The notes under the pieces: generated by a model | The model's database searches: none | Told to the model about the DNA's origin: nothing | Seen by the model: only the letters and a program-made list of their open reading frames with translations | DNA from: Eubacteriales bacterium | GTDB lineage: Bacteria > Bacillota > Clostridia > Oscillospirales > CAG-272 | Direction of reading: 5' to 3' | Length of the DNA stretch: 64,000 nt | Assembly (NCBI GenBank): GCA_045538895.1 | Contig: JAZQEH010000118.1 | Location: forward strand, 583-64,582 | Program-made: the position numbers and the translations under genes | Shown: one piece after another, positions 19,856 through 27,844 of the stretch | Position numbering within the stretch: position 1 is the stretch's first letter | How the letters are laid out: every line of letters begins with the position of its first letter

Positions 19856-20256
19856 TTTCCAAGTTCCTCTTTAACGGAATTGAGAATTCCGTTAACAAAT
19901 CCCTTGGTTTTTTCGTCATCATAGACTTTAATAAGCTCTACCGCTTCATTGATAGATACGCTTGCCGGTATTGAATCAATATACAGCATTTCATAAATAG
20001 CAATACGCATGATTGATTTTGCTACCTTGGCAATACGTGAAAGCTTTCTGCCTTTTGAGTACTTTTCAATATATGCATCAAGCTCATCAGCTTTTTCGAT
20101 TATGCCGAAAAATACGGTTTTGATGTATTCGTTTTCCTCGATGCCACGGGCACTCAAAGCATTTGCATATAACTCCTGCTTGTCCTCATAGCATCCGTAT
20201 TCATTTTCAAAAACAAGACCAAGTACAGCCTCTCTCGATTCGTGTCTGTTAAGCAT
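19852..20256 (-). CDS. nusB: Transcription antitermination factor NusB
   Basis: The ORF is open to a TTG at 20271; the ATG at 20256 follows GGAGA. Sequence RHESREAVLGLVFENEY...RIAIYEMLYIDSIPASVSINEAVELIKVYDDEKTKGFVNGILN is typical NusB. Confidence 0.92.
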   Translation of the reverse strand: MLNRHESREAVLGLVFENEYGCYEDKQELYANALSARGIEENEYIKTVFFGIIEKADELDAYIEKYSKGRKLSRIAKVAKSIMRIAIYEMLYIDSIPASVSINEAVELIKVYDDEKTKGFVNGILNSVKEELGK

Positions 20257-20302
20257 ATTTTCTCCGTCCAATTATAAAAAGTTTATACTTATCTAAATAT
20301 AT

Positions 20303-20331
20303 ATTATATATTAGATATATAATAAAGTCAA
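20303..20331 (-). promoter_or_regulatory. Sigma-A-type promoter of the nusB operon
   Basis: On the minus strand: TTGACT (20331-20326), 17-nt spacer, TATAAT (20308-20303). About 45 nt upstream of the nusB ATG. Confidence 0.55.
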
Positions 20332-20354
20332 TGAATATTTATTAATAAAATGCC

Positions 20355-20383
20355 TTGAAATACTCAGTTTTGTATGCTACAAT
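20355..20383 (+). promoter_or_regulatory. Sigma-A-type promoter for the downstream membrane-protein gene
   Basis: TTGAAA (20355-20360), 17-nt spacer, TACAAT (20378-20383). Lies 30 nt before the ATG at 20413. Confidence 0.55.
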
Positions 20384-20412
20384 TAAATAAATTTCAAGCG
20401 GAGGAATTTTCA

Positions 20413-20820
20413 ATGAAAAAAATCAGAAACTTTCTGACCGATACATGCATACTTTTTACGGCTTTTGTATTTATTTTATATATAGCCGGATATATTTTAG
20501 TTTCAAATACCATCACAATAACACTTTCGGCAATGTTTGCGTTATTCGTTTCATGTTTTTTGCTGCGTGTGTTTCATACGGTTTTACATATCAAGAAGTT
20601 ACCGTTTATTCTACGTATTCTGATTCATTACCTTTTGGTGGTAATTGCTGCTTATATCGGCTTTGTGTTTATTGCTAAAATTGTTACCAATTCCCTTGCA
20701 ACGTTTGTTTTGCTGCTTTTTGTTACTCTTTTGTACACCGCAATCGCTGTTGTTATTGCATTGATACAAAACAAGAAAAAAACTGTCGAGGACACCAAAG
20801 AATATAAGTCAATGTTTTAA
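20413..20820 (+). CDS. Small integral membrane protein (four predicted TM helices, DUF3021-like guess)
   Basis: The ATG at 20413 lies 8 nt after GGAGG; the ORF track starts earlier, at 20374. Four hydrophobic segments and a C-terminal KKK tail. Confidence 0.65.
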   Translation: MKKIRNFLTDTCILFTAFVFILYIAGYILVSNTITITLSAMFALFVSCFLLRVFHTVLHIKKLPFILRILIHYLLVVIAAYIGFVFIAKIVTNSLATFVLLLFVTLLYTAIAVVIALIQNKKKTVEDTKEYKSMF

Positions 20821-20860
20821 AATTAATGACGTTGAAGCACAAAATATATACAGGTGCTTT

Positions 20861-21595
20861 ATGCGTATAATAGAATTTTTACTTTCGGCATGCATTGCTT
20901 TATTCTGCATGGCAGTATTTCCGTATAAAAATCAACACCTGTACATTAACGAAGATGTACAGGTGTTTTCATATTCAGAAGTGTTTTTAGGAAAAACAAG
21001 CCATGGCGGAGCTGAATATTTGAATAAAATAGTATTTTTAGGCGATTCACGCACATATGGCTTAAAGGCATTTTCAATGCTTGACGGAGGAAAGGAGACC
21101 AATCAGGTGTGGACGCCGAGAAACGGCACAATGTCTATATGGGATATGCAATTTCAAAAAATCGTGTACCCTGAAAATGATAGTGAAATAACAGCTGCCG
21201 AGGCTGCCGCACTGAAAAAGCCACAGGTGTTGATTATTTCGCTTGGGATAAACGGAGTTGAATTGGTAGATAAAAACTACTTTGCATCAGAGTATACAAA
21301 ATTGATTAACTCCATAAAAAAAGCAAGCCCCGATACTGTAGTAGTGTTGCAGTCAATGTTCCCGGTCTGCCGCTCGTATACTCAAATCAGTAATTCACAA
21401 ATAAAAAAAGGAAACGAATGGATTATTGAAGTAGCAATGCAAACCGACAGCTATTATTTAAACACAGCTGAAATACTGTGCGATGCTGACGGTTATCTCA
21501 TTGAAGAATATTCAACGGACGGTTGCCATTTAACACCGCTTGGACTTGATGTTCAGATTGAATATATCTGCACTCACATGGTAGGAGGAAATTAG
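20861..21595 (+). CDS. SGNH/GDSL-family hydrolase with N-terminal signal anchor
   Basis: 244 aa. Block I VFLGDSRT, block III LGINGV, block V DGCHLT. N-terminal hydrophobic segment. Confidence 0.8.
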   Translation: MRIIEFLLSACIALFCMAVFPYKNQHLYINEDVQVFSYSEVFLGKTSHGGAEYLNKIVFLGDSRTYGLKAFSMLDGGKETNQVWTPRNGTMSIWDMQFQKIVYPENDSEITAAEAAALKKPQVLIISLGINGVELVDKNYFASEYTKLINSIKKASPDTVVVLQSMFPVCRSYTQISNSQIKKGNEWIIEVAMQTDSYYLNTAEILCDADGYLIEEYSTDGCHLTPLGLDVQIEYICTHMVGGN

Positions 21596-21596
21596 T

Positions 21597-22064
21597 TTGA
21601 AAAAGTTAAGTATTATTGCAGTTATTTGCCTTCTTTTAGTATCGTGTTCGCCTGTAAAAACTAATGTTCCCGTACAAATACTGGCATCATGCTTAGGCGA
21701 AAAAATAGGAGGCTTTGAGCATTTGTCAGAAGCAAGCACAGATTATATAAAATACTGCACGGGGAATGATTTATCAATATTCTCGGAATACATAATTCTA
21801 TACCCTTTTTCGGGCACGGAATATAATGAATACGGCATTTTCAAGGTTTCTGAAAAGCAGAATGCGAAAAAAGGAATTGATGTGATTAAAACTTATCTTT
21901 CGTTCAAAAAATCCAACTGGGATACACGGTATATGGGCGAAGAATATACTAAAATCTGTAATGCAAAAATCACTTCAAAAGGCGACTATATTCTGTATAC
22001 AATTCTTTCCGATGAGGAAAGCAAATCTGTTGAAAAACTGTTTGGGAAGTTACTAACAAAATAG
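21597..22064 (+). CDS. Lipoprotein, DUF4358-like
   Basis: 155 aa. TTG start 8 nt after AGGAGG. Lipobox LLVSC in the signal peptide MKKLSIIAVICLLLVSCSP. Confidence 0.65.
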   Translation: MKKLSIIAVICLLLVSCSPVKTNVPVQILASCLGEKIGGFEHLSEASTDYIKYCTGNDLSIFSEYIILYPFSGTEYNEYGIFKVSEKQNAKKGIDVIKTYLSFKKSNWDTRYMGEEYTKICNAKITSKGDYILYTILSDEESKSVEKLFGKLLTK

Positions 22065-22090
22065 GCGACGGAAAAACCGTCGCCATTTCT
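22064..22090. terminator. Bidirectional terminator between the lipoprotein gene and prs
   Basis: Hairpin GGCGACGG-AAAAA-CCGTCGCC sits between convergent genes. Confidence 0.7.
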
Positions 22091-22091
22091 A

Positions 22092-23222
22092 TTACTGATT
22101 TTCCTCAGCCTGTTTCTTTGCGTGCTTATCAATAAGCTTGTGAACACGCTTTGCGGGATTAAGAAGATTGCTGATAGTTGCATCGTGATTAAGAGTATCA
22201 ATAAGATATGCAACATATTTGCACATGTTAACAGACTGATACCACTCTCTGGATTTAAGTTCGTCCTTGCTGTAAACAAGATTTGTGGTGAAAATCTTTG
22301 TGAAAATGCCATTTTCATATGCTTCGTCGAACTTATCAAGACCGTTGCAGAACAAGCCGAATGTAGCAAATACAAAGATACGGTTTGCGCCTTTTTCCTT
22401 AAGCTGGATACATACGTCAAGCATTGATTCGCCGGAAGAGATCATATCGTCAACAACGATAACATCCTTGCCCTTCAAATCTCTGCCAAGGTATTCGTGT
22501 GCTTCAATGGGGTTCTTACCGTCGATAATAACAGAGTAGTTACGACGCTTGTAGAACATACCAAGGTCAAGACCAAGAAGCGAAGAATAGAACATGCATC
22601 TGCTCATTGCACCTTCATCAGGAGAAACGATCATAAGACTGTCATGGGTAAATGAAACATCCGGAACCGCTTTTACAAGTGCCTTGATCATCTGGTAAGT
22701 AGGTCTTACGTTATCAAAGCCGTGAAGCGGAATAGAGTTCTGAATCTTGGGGTCATGTGCATCAAAAGTGATAATGTTGCTAACACCCATATTTACAAGT
22801 TCTTGAAGTGCAATGGCACAGTCAAGGGACTCACGTGTCGTACGGTTATGCTGTCTACCCTCATAAAGCATGGGCATGATTACAGAAATTCTGCGTGCCT
22901 TACCGCCGATTGCGCTGATAATACGCTTGATATCCTGATAATGGTCATCGGGACTCATAGGAACGGTCATACCGTTCATCTTATACGTTACACCGTAGTT
23001 AAACACATCGCAAATGATGTAAACGTCTTTGCCGCGCATTGACTCGTGGATAAGACCCTTACCCTCACCCGAACCAAATCTCGGACAATCAGCCTGTGCG
23101 ATATATGTTTCGTCTTCAACATGGCGACGCCAATCTTTTATGTAGCTGTCAACCTCTTGTGTAAAAGCTTCGCAACCACGCATGCCGATTATGGCAAGAT
23201 CTCCGTAAAAATTATCGTTCAT
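22092..23222 (-). CDS. prs: Ribose-phosphate pyrophosphokinase (PRPP synthetase), long form
   Basis: The ORF is open to a TTG at 23234; the ATG at 23222 is 5 nt after GGAGG (23225 is also possible). PRPP-binding loop VVDDMISSGES, plus flexible-loop and N-terminal Prs motifs. Confidence 0.9.
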   Translation of the reverse strand: MNDNFYGDLAIIGMRGCEAFTQEVDSYIKDWRRHVEDETYIAQADCPRFGSGEGKGLIHESMRGKDVYIICDVFNYGVTYKMNGMTVPMSPDDHYQDIKRIISAIGGKARRISVIMPMLYEGRQHNRTTRESLDCAIALQELVNMGVSNIITFDAHDPKIQNSIPLHGFDNVRPTYQMIKALVKAVPDVSFTHDSLMIVSPDEGAMSRCMFYSSLLGLDLGMFYKRRNYSVIIDGKNPIEAHEYLGRDLKGKDVIVVDDMISSGESMLDVCIQLKEKGANRIFVFATFGLFCNGLDKFDEAYENGIFTKIFTTNLVYSKDELKSREWYQSVNMCKYVAYLIDTLNHDATISNLLNPAKRVHKLIDKHAKKQAEENQ

Positions 23223-23414
23223 CATGTCCTCCAAAAATTCTATTTTTGTATTGCATACAAGTTTATTATAACATAATTTTCTAAAAAAAAATAGAAAAAA
23301 GATAAATTTTGAATTTTTTTAGATTTTGCACAAAACAAGTAATCTTTTTAGTGCAATTACTATACTATATTAATGTTAAGACCTAAATATTTTGTGTTTT
23401 AGAAAGGATTTATT

Positions 23415-23834
23415 ATGAATAACCGAATACCAAACGGATATTCCGCAACCGGTACACTTATAGTTTCGGTTTATACCGCAGGAGGCGCAATTCCGATTGA
23501 AGACGCCTTAGTGACAGTAAGCGGCAGTAATCAGAATTCATCTGGTGTTGTTTCGGTACTATATACCGACCAGAGCGGCAATACGCCGAGAATAACCTTG
23601 CCAACTCCACCCTCATCCACCTCTGAATCCCCTGGACAAAGTCAGCCATTTGCAACCTACAACGTTAGTGTAAACAAAGAAAAGTTTAATCCGCGAAGCT
23701 TTATTAACGTTCCGGTTTTTGCAAATACCACTTCGATTCAGCCGGTAAATCTGATTCCCAAAACCGAGTATAACGGTGAAGCCATTATTCCTGATGATGG
23801 CAACGTTACCGAAAGCCAGAATCCGAATTTATAA
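23415..23834 (+). CDS. Hypothetical protein with carboxypeptidase-regulatory-like beta-sandwich pattern; no signal peptide
   Basis: 139 aa with RBS AAAGGA. Pattern GTLIVSVYTAGGAIPIEDALVTVSG...YTDQSGNT...YNVSVNKEKF. Tightly linked to the next two genes. Confidence 0.5.
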   Translation: MNNRIPNGYSATGTLIVSVYTAGGAIPIEDALVTVSGSNQNSSGVVSVLYTDQSGNTPRITLPTPPSSTSESPGQSQPFATYNVSVNKEKFNPRSFINVPVFANTTSIQPVNLIPKTEYNGEAIIPDDGNVTESQNPNL

Positions 23835-23843
23835 GGAGGAAAT

Positions 23844-25244
23844 ATGCCAACTGGAATACCTACTATACCCGAAACAATAACCGTTCATCTTGGCACTCCA
23901 TCTTCAAATGCACAGAATATAACGGTTCCGTTTATCGATTACATAAAAAACGTAGCTTCTAGTGAAATCTATCCTACATGGCCTGAAAGTGCAATACGAG
24001 CAAACATTTATGCACAGATTTCGTTTGCTTTAAACAGAATTTATACAGAGTATTACCGCAGCCGCGGATATGATTTTGATATAACGAACACAACCCAATA
24101 TGACCAGTATTTTGTTCCGGACCGTGACTATTTTGAGAATATTTCGCATATAGTGGATGAAATTTTCAACAGTTATATACGCAGACAAGGGGCGGTTGAA
24201 CCGTTATTTGCCCAGTACTGTGACGGCGCTCAGACACAGTGTGAAGGATTGTCGCAATGGGGCACGGTAACGCTTGCAGAGGAAGGACTTGTCCCGTATG
24301 AGATATTACAGAATTACTACGGTGATAACATAGATATCGTTACCGATGTACCTCTTTCACTTCCCGGTGGAAGCTTGCCCGGTGCTCCTCTTGTATTTGG
24401 TATCGGAAACGATGCTGTGAGGCAGGTGCAGATCAGGTTAAACCGTATATCTAATAACTATCCTGCTATCCCTAAAATTTCTCCTGTAGACGGATATTTC
24501 GGCAGAGAAACGCTTGATGCAGTGCAGGAATTTCAACGTATATTTAATCTCACGCCTGACGGTATCGTCGGAAACTCAACATGGTATGCTATTCTTCGAA
24601 TATACAATAGTGTAAAACGTCTTTCGGAACTCAACTCCGAGGGTATCACTTTAGACGAAGTATCACGGCAGTATCCGGAAAACCTTGTAGAGGGGAGCGA
24701 AAGCCTCGGCGTGAGATTGTTACAGTACTTTTTAACATATATCTCTACATTTGTTCCAACCGTGCAAGCGACTCCGATAGATGGCATTTTCGGACCTTCT
24801 ACAACTCAAAGTGTAAAAAGCTTTCAGCAAACATACTCATTGCCTGAAACGGGTGTGGTTGAAGAAGTTACCTGGTATGAAATATATAACGTTTATCAGG
24901 GACTTATTGCGTCAATTCCCGAACGTTTTACTGAAGGCATAACTGTTCCCTATCCGGGCTTTATTCTACGTGTAGGAAGCGAAAATCGCTTTGTTTCCAT
25001 TTTGCAGGAATATCTCAATTATATTTCACAAACATATGACCAGATACCAACCGTTCCTGTAACCGGATATTTCGGTGCATTGACATATAATGCAGTCGCT
25101 GCCTTTCAAAGGTTGTTTGCTATAGAAGAAAGCGGCACGGTGGATCTTGAAACATGGAATGCAATAGCGGAGATTTATGAAGATCTATATAGCGGCAACA
25201 CAACGAGTACAGGACAATACCCCGGATATTCAATAGGAGAATAG
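23844..25244 (+). CDS. SpoIID/LytB-like domain protein with three PG_binding_1 repeats (SleC-like architecture); no signal peptide
   Basis: 466 aa with RBS AAGGAGG. The N-terminus resembles SpoIID (DYIKNVASSEIYPTWPESAIRANIYAQISFALNRIY...GLSQWGTVTLAEEGLVPYEILQNYYG). Three repeats of DG(Y/I)FG...FQ...L..DGIVG..TW. Confidence 0.72.
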   Translation: MPTGIPTIPETITVHLGTPSSNAQNITVPFIDYIKNVASSEIYPTWPESAIRANIYAQISFALNRIYTEYYRSRGYDFDITNTTQYDQYFVPDRDYFENISHIVDEIFNSYIRRQGAVEPLFAQYCDGAQTQCEGLSQWGTVTLAEEGLVPYEILQNYYGDNIDIVTDVPLSLPGGSLPGAPLVFGIGNDAVRQVQIRLNRISNNYPAIPKISPVDGYFGRETLDAVQEFQRIFNLTPDGIVGNSTWYAILRIYNSVKRLSELNSEGITLDEVSRQYPENLVEGSESLGVRLLQYFLTYISTFVPTVQATPIDGIFGPSTTQSVKSFQQTYSLPETGVVEEVTWYEIYNVYQGLIASIPERFTEGITVPYPGFILRVGSENRFVSILQEYLNYISQTYDQIPTVPVTGYFGALTYNAVAAFQRLFAIEESGTVDLETWNAIAEIYEDLYSGNTTSTGQYPGYSIGE

Positions 25245-25246
25245 TT

Positions 25247-25768
25247 ATGACATATCAGAACAATGATATTGCTCAAGCAATAATGCAAGTACAGCGTTTT
25301 CTACGTATACTGCAAATCGGTGGTGAAGGTAGAGTGACAGTTCCGATAGACGGTATTTACGATAATGTTACCGTTGAAGCTGTAAAACTCTTTCAAAAAG
25401 AAAACGAGTTGGAAGAAAACGGAATTGTTGATAAAGTAACTTATGATTTGCTTTATGAAAAAACACTTGAAGCTGAATTTGAACAAAGCGAGCCTCTTCC
25501 GATATACATATTCAAAAAAGGTCAATCGGTATCAATAGGCGAAAAAAGCGATTTTGTCATGCTTTTGCAGATGCTTTTGAATTCAATAACTGTAATTTAC
25601 GATGATTATGCACCGCTTGAGTTGACGGGAGAATATAACGAAACAACCGAAAATGCAGTAGCGATATTTCAGCTGCGAAATAATATTTCATCTACCGGCA
25701 TTGTTGACAAAATTACGTGGAACGCAATAGTACGTAACTATAATGCAATCTCTGAAAATTTGCAGTAA
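25247..25768 (+). CDS. Protein with two PG_binding_1 peptidoglycan-binding repeats; no signal peptide
   Basis: 173 aa with RBS GGAGAA. Repeats DGIYDNVTVEAVKLFQKENELEENGIVDKVTY and TGEYNETTENAVAIFQLRNNISSTGIVDKITW. Confidence 0.72.
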   Translation: MTYQNNDIAQAIMQVQRFLRILQIGGEGRVTVPIDGIYDNVTVEAVKLFQKENELEENGIVDKVTYDLLYEKTLEAEFEQSEPLPIYIFKKGQSVSIGEKSDFVMLLQMLLNSITVIYDDYAPLELTGEYNETTENAVAIFQLRNNISSTGIVDKITWNAIVRNYNAISENLQ

Positions 25769-25809
25769 AATAGCAAAATTTAAAGAAATAACGAGAAAAA
25801 GCGAGAAAT

Positions 25810-25838
25810 AACAGCAAAAGCTGTTGTTCTTGCTTTTT
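25810..25838 (+). terminator. Weak putative terminator after the PG-binding cluster
   Basis: Short hairpin AACAGC-AAAA-GCTGTT followed by the T-rich GTTCTTGCTTTTT. The stem is only 6 bp. Confidence 0.35.
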
Positions 25839-25839
25839 G

Positions 25840-25885
25840 TTTGACCATTTTTGACTTTGACTATTTTTGACTTTAACTTTAAAAT
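25840..25885 (+). promoter_or_regulatory. Tandem CtsR operators overlapping the ctsR-mcsA-mcsB-clpC promoter
   Basis: Four TTTGAC(C/T) heptads (reverse complement of the CtsR half-site GGTCAAA) at 25840, 25850, 25856 and 25866, forming two direct-repeat operators with 10-nt periodicity. -35 TTGACT (25857-25862), 17 nt, -10 TAAAAT (25880-25885). Confidence 0.8.
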
Positions 25886-25920
25886 ATAAGTGAAAAAACT
25901 TCGGAAAGGAATTCTGAAAA

Positions 25921-26373
25921 ATGTTGATATCCGATTCTATTGCCGCATTTATCGACGAAATGCTTGATGATTGCGGAGGTACACTTGAAATAAAGCGAAA
26001 TGATCTTGCAAAGCATCTTGGATGCGTACCAAGTCAGATTAACTATGTTGTGGCATCACGCTTCACTCCTGAACGCGGTTACGTTATTGAAAGCAGACGC
26101 GGAGGCGGTGGTTATATACGTATTATAAGAAAGGTAATGAGTGAAGATGATGTTTTGATGAAGTATTTTAAACTTTCTCAAAACGGATTAACCGAGCGTG
26201 AGCTTGAGAGTATTTTAGAAATACTGTACTCTTCTGAAATAATTACCGGCAGAGAGTCACGCCTGATACGTGCTTGTCTTTCTTCCAATGTATTTTCAGA
26301 TATGCCACGTGAAGTTCAAAATGCGTTGCGTGGAAATTCTTTTAGGAATATGATACTTTCACTTATGAATTGA
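25921..26373 (+). CDS. ctsR: Class III stress-gene repressor CtsR
   Basis: 150 aa. ISDSIAAFIDEML...LEIKRNDLAKHLGCVPSQINYVVASRFTPERGYVIESRRGGGGYIRI is the CtsR winged-HTH plus glycine-rich loop. Confidence 0.93.
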   Translation: MLISDSIAAFIDEMLDDCGGTLEIKRNDLAKHLGCVPSQINYVVASRFTPERGYVIESRRGGGGYIRIIRKVMSEDDVLMKYFKLSQNGLTERELESILEILYSSEIITGRESRLIRACLSSNVFSDMPREVQNALRGNSFRNMILSLMN

Positions 26374-26382
26374 GGTAAATTG

Positions 26383-26853
26383 ATGATTTGTTCTAATTGT
26401 AAAGGTAATAATGCAAGTTTCTTTTACACACAAAAGATCAATGGTATAGAGAAATCAGTAGCTTTATGTAAAAGCTGTGCTGAAAAAATGAATATTGTTT
26501 CGCCACTTTCTCCTTTGTTTGCATCTTTTTTGGATAAGAAAACAAAAACGGTAAACAAAAATACCGAAAAAAGATGCAATCTGTGTGCATTAACCATAAA
26601 CGACATTGTTGCAATGGGTAAAGTTGGCTGTCCTGAATGTTACAACACCTTTAAAGACGAGCTTGAGAATACCATACGTTCTATTCATGGGTCTGCAAAG
26701 CACGTAGGACTTACCGCATCCGGCAAAGCTGGCAATAGAGAAATCAGTGAAGAAGAGAAATTGCGAGCAAAGCTTGAAGAAGCTATCAGAGCTGAAAACT
26801 ATGAAGAAGCGGCAAGACTTCGTGATAAGATCAAAGCGTTAAAGGAGAATTAA
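26383..26853 (+). CDS. mcsA: McsA (zinc-finger/UVR-domain activator of McsB)
   Basis: The ATG at 26383 lies 7 nt after GAGG (a TTG at 26380 is also in frame). Two CxxC pairs (CSNC...CKSC; CNLC...CPEC) and a C-terminal UVR motif (LEEAIRAENYEEAARLRDKIKAL). Confidence 0.9.
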   Translation: MICSNCKGNNASFFYTQKINGIEKSVALCKSCAEKMNIVSPLSPLFASFLDKKTKTVNKNTEKRCNLCALTINDIVAMGKVGCPECYNTFKDELENTIRSIHGSAKHVGLTASGKAGNREISEEEKLRAKLEEAIRAENYEEAARLRDKIKALKEN

Positions 26854-26854
26854 A

Positions 26855-27844
26855 ATGGACAATAGCGTAATTCTTCGCAGCCGTGTTCGTATTGCCAGAA
26901 ATATCAAAGACTATCCGTTTCCCCCTGCCCTCAATGACATATGTCGAAAAGAAATAATTGAAAAAGTTGCATCTTCTGCACTTCCGCTTGGATTTGTTGA
27001 GGATAAGGGCATTGAAAAATCAATATATGCACATACTCTTTTTGAAGAAAACCTTATTAGTCATGAGTTTGCAACAGAAAAAGAAAGACATTCGCTTTTC
27101 AAAAACGATACCACACAAACATATATAATGGTGTGTGAAGAGGATCATTTGCGAATACAGAGTTTTTTCGATGGACTTAACATAGATGCTGCGGCAAAAA
27201 ACGCTATTGAATGTGAGCGTTTTCTTGGCGAGCGGATAAATTTTGCTTTTAATTCCGAGCTTGGATATCTCACACGCTGCCCTACCAACCTCGGCACTGC
27301 GATGCGAGCTTCGGTTATGATTTTTTTGCCGGCAATAACACTGCTTGGACGAATTGGCGAACTCAAAACCGAGCTTGAAAAAGTAGGTATAACTATCAGA
27401 GGCATGTACGGAGAGGGTTCGGCTGCTGATGCATACATTTATCAGATTTCAAACCGTCTTTCTCTTGGTTACAGTGAGGATGACATCATACGCAAAACTA
27501 AAGCGATAGCGAATCGTATTGAAAATGAAGAAATCGAAGCACGTACTTCCCTTTTGAAATCAAATAAGGATAAACTCATTGATAAAGTTTCCCGTGCTCT
27601 GGGCACTCTGAAATATGCCCATATAATATCAAGTAAAGAGTTTTTAGAATGCTTTGCATATGTTCGCTTGGGTATGGCTCTCGGTATAATTGCACCCATA
27701 CCGGAATTTGACTCTCTTTTGCATAACGCAATGCCTGCACATATCCTGAATGTAAATGGAGAAAAAGCAAATAGCGAGAATACACGTGATATACTTCGTG
27801 CAAGAATAATTAAATCAGTTGTAGGAACGGAGGATAAAAATTGA
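26855..27844 (+). CDS. mcsB: Protein-arginine kinase McsB
   Basis: 329 aa. Phosphagen-kinase-like core (RSRVRIARNI, EEDHLRIQ, CPTNLGTAMRASVM, GMYGEGS). Confidence 0.92.
   Translation: MDNSVILRSRVRIARNIKDYPFPPALNDICRKEIIEKVASSALPLGFVEDKGIEKSIYAHTLFEENLISHEFATEKERHSLFKNDTTQTYIMVCEEDHLRIQSFFDGLNIDAAAKNAIECERFLGERINFAFNSELGYLTRCPTNLGTAMRASVMIFLPAITLLGRIGELKTELEKVGITIRGMYGEGSAADAYIYQISNRLSLGYSEDDIIRKTKAIANRIENEEIEARTSLLKSNKDKLIDKVSRALGTLKYAHIISSKEFLECFAYVRLGMALGIIAPIPEFDSLLHNAMPAHILNVNGEKANSENTRDILRARIIKSVVGTEDKN

Noticed and set aside
23223-23414. Sigma-E/sigma-K sporulation promoter upstream of the PG-binding cluster
   Set aside because: A CATACAAG word (about 23255) and TATACTATA (about 23360) resemble mother-cell -10 elements. 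I could not pair either with a properly spaced -35 element, so there is not enough evidence to annotate.
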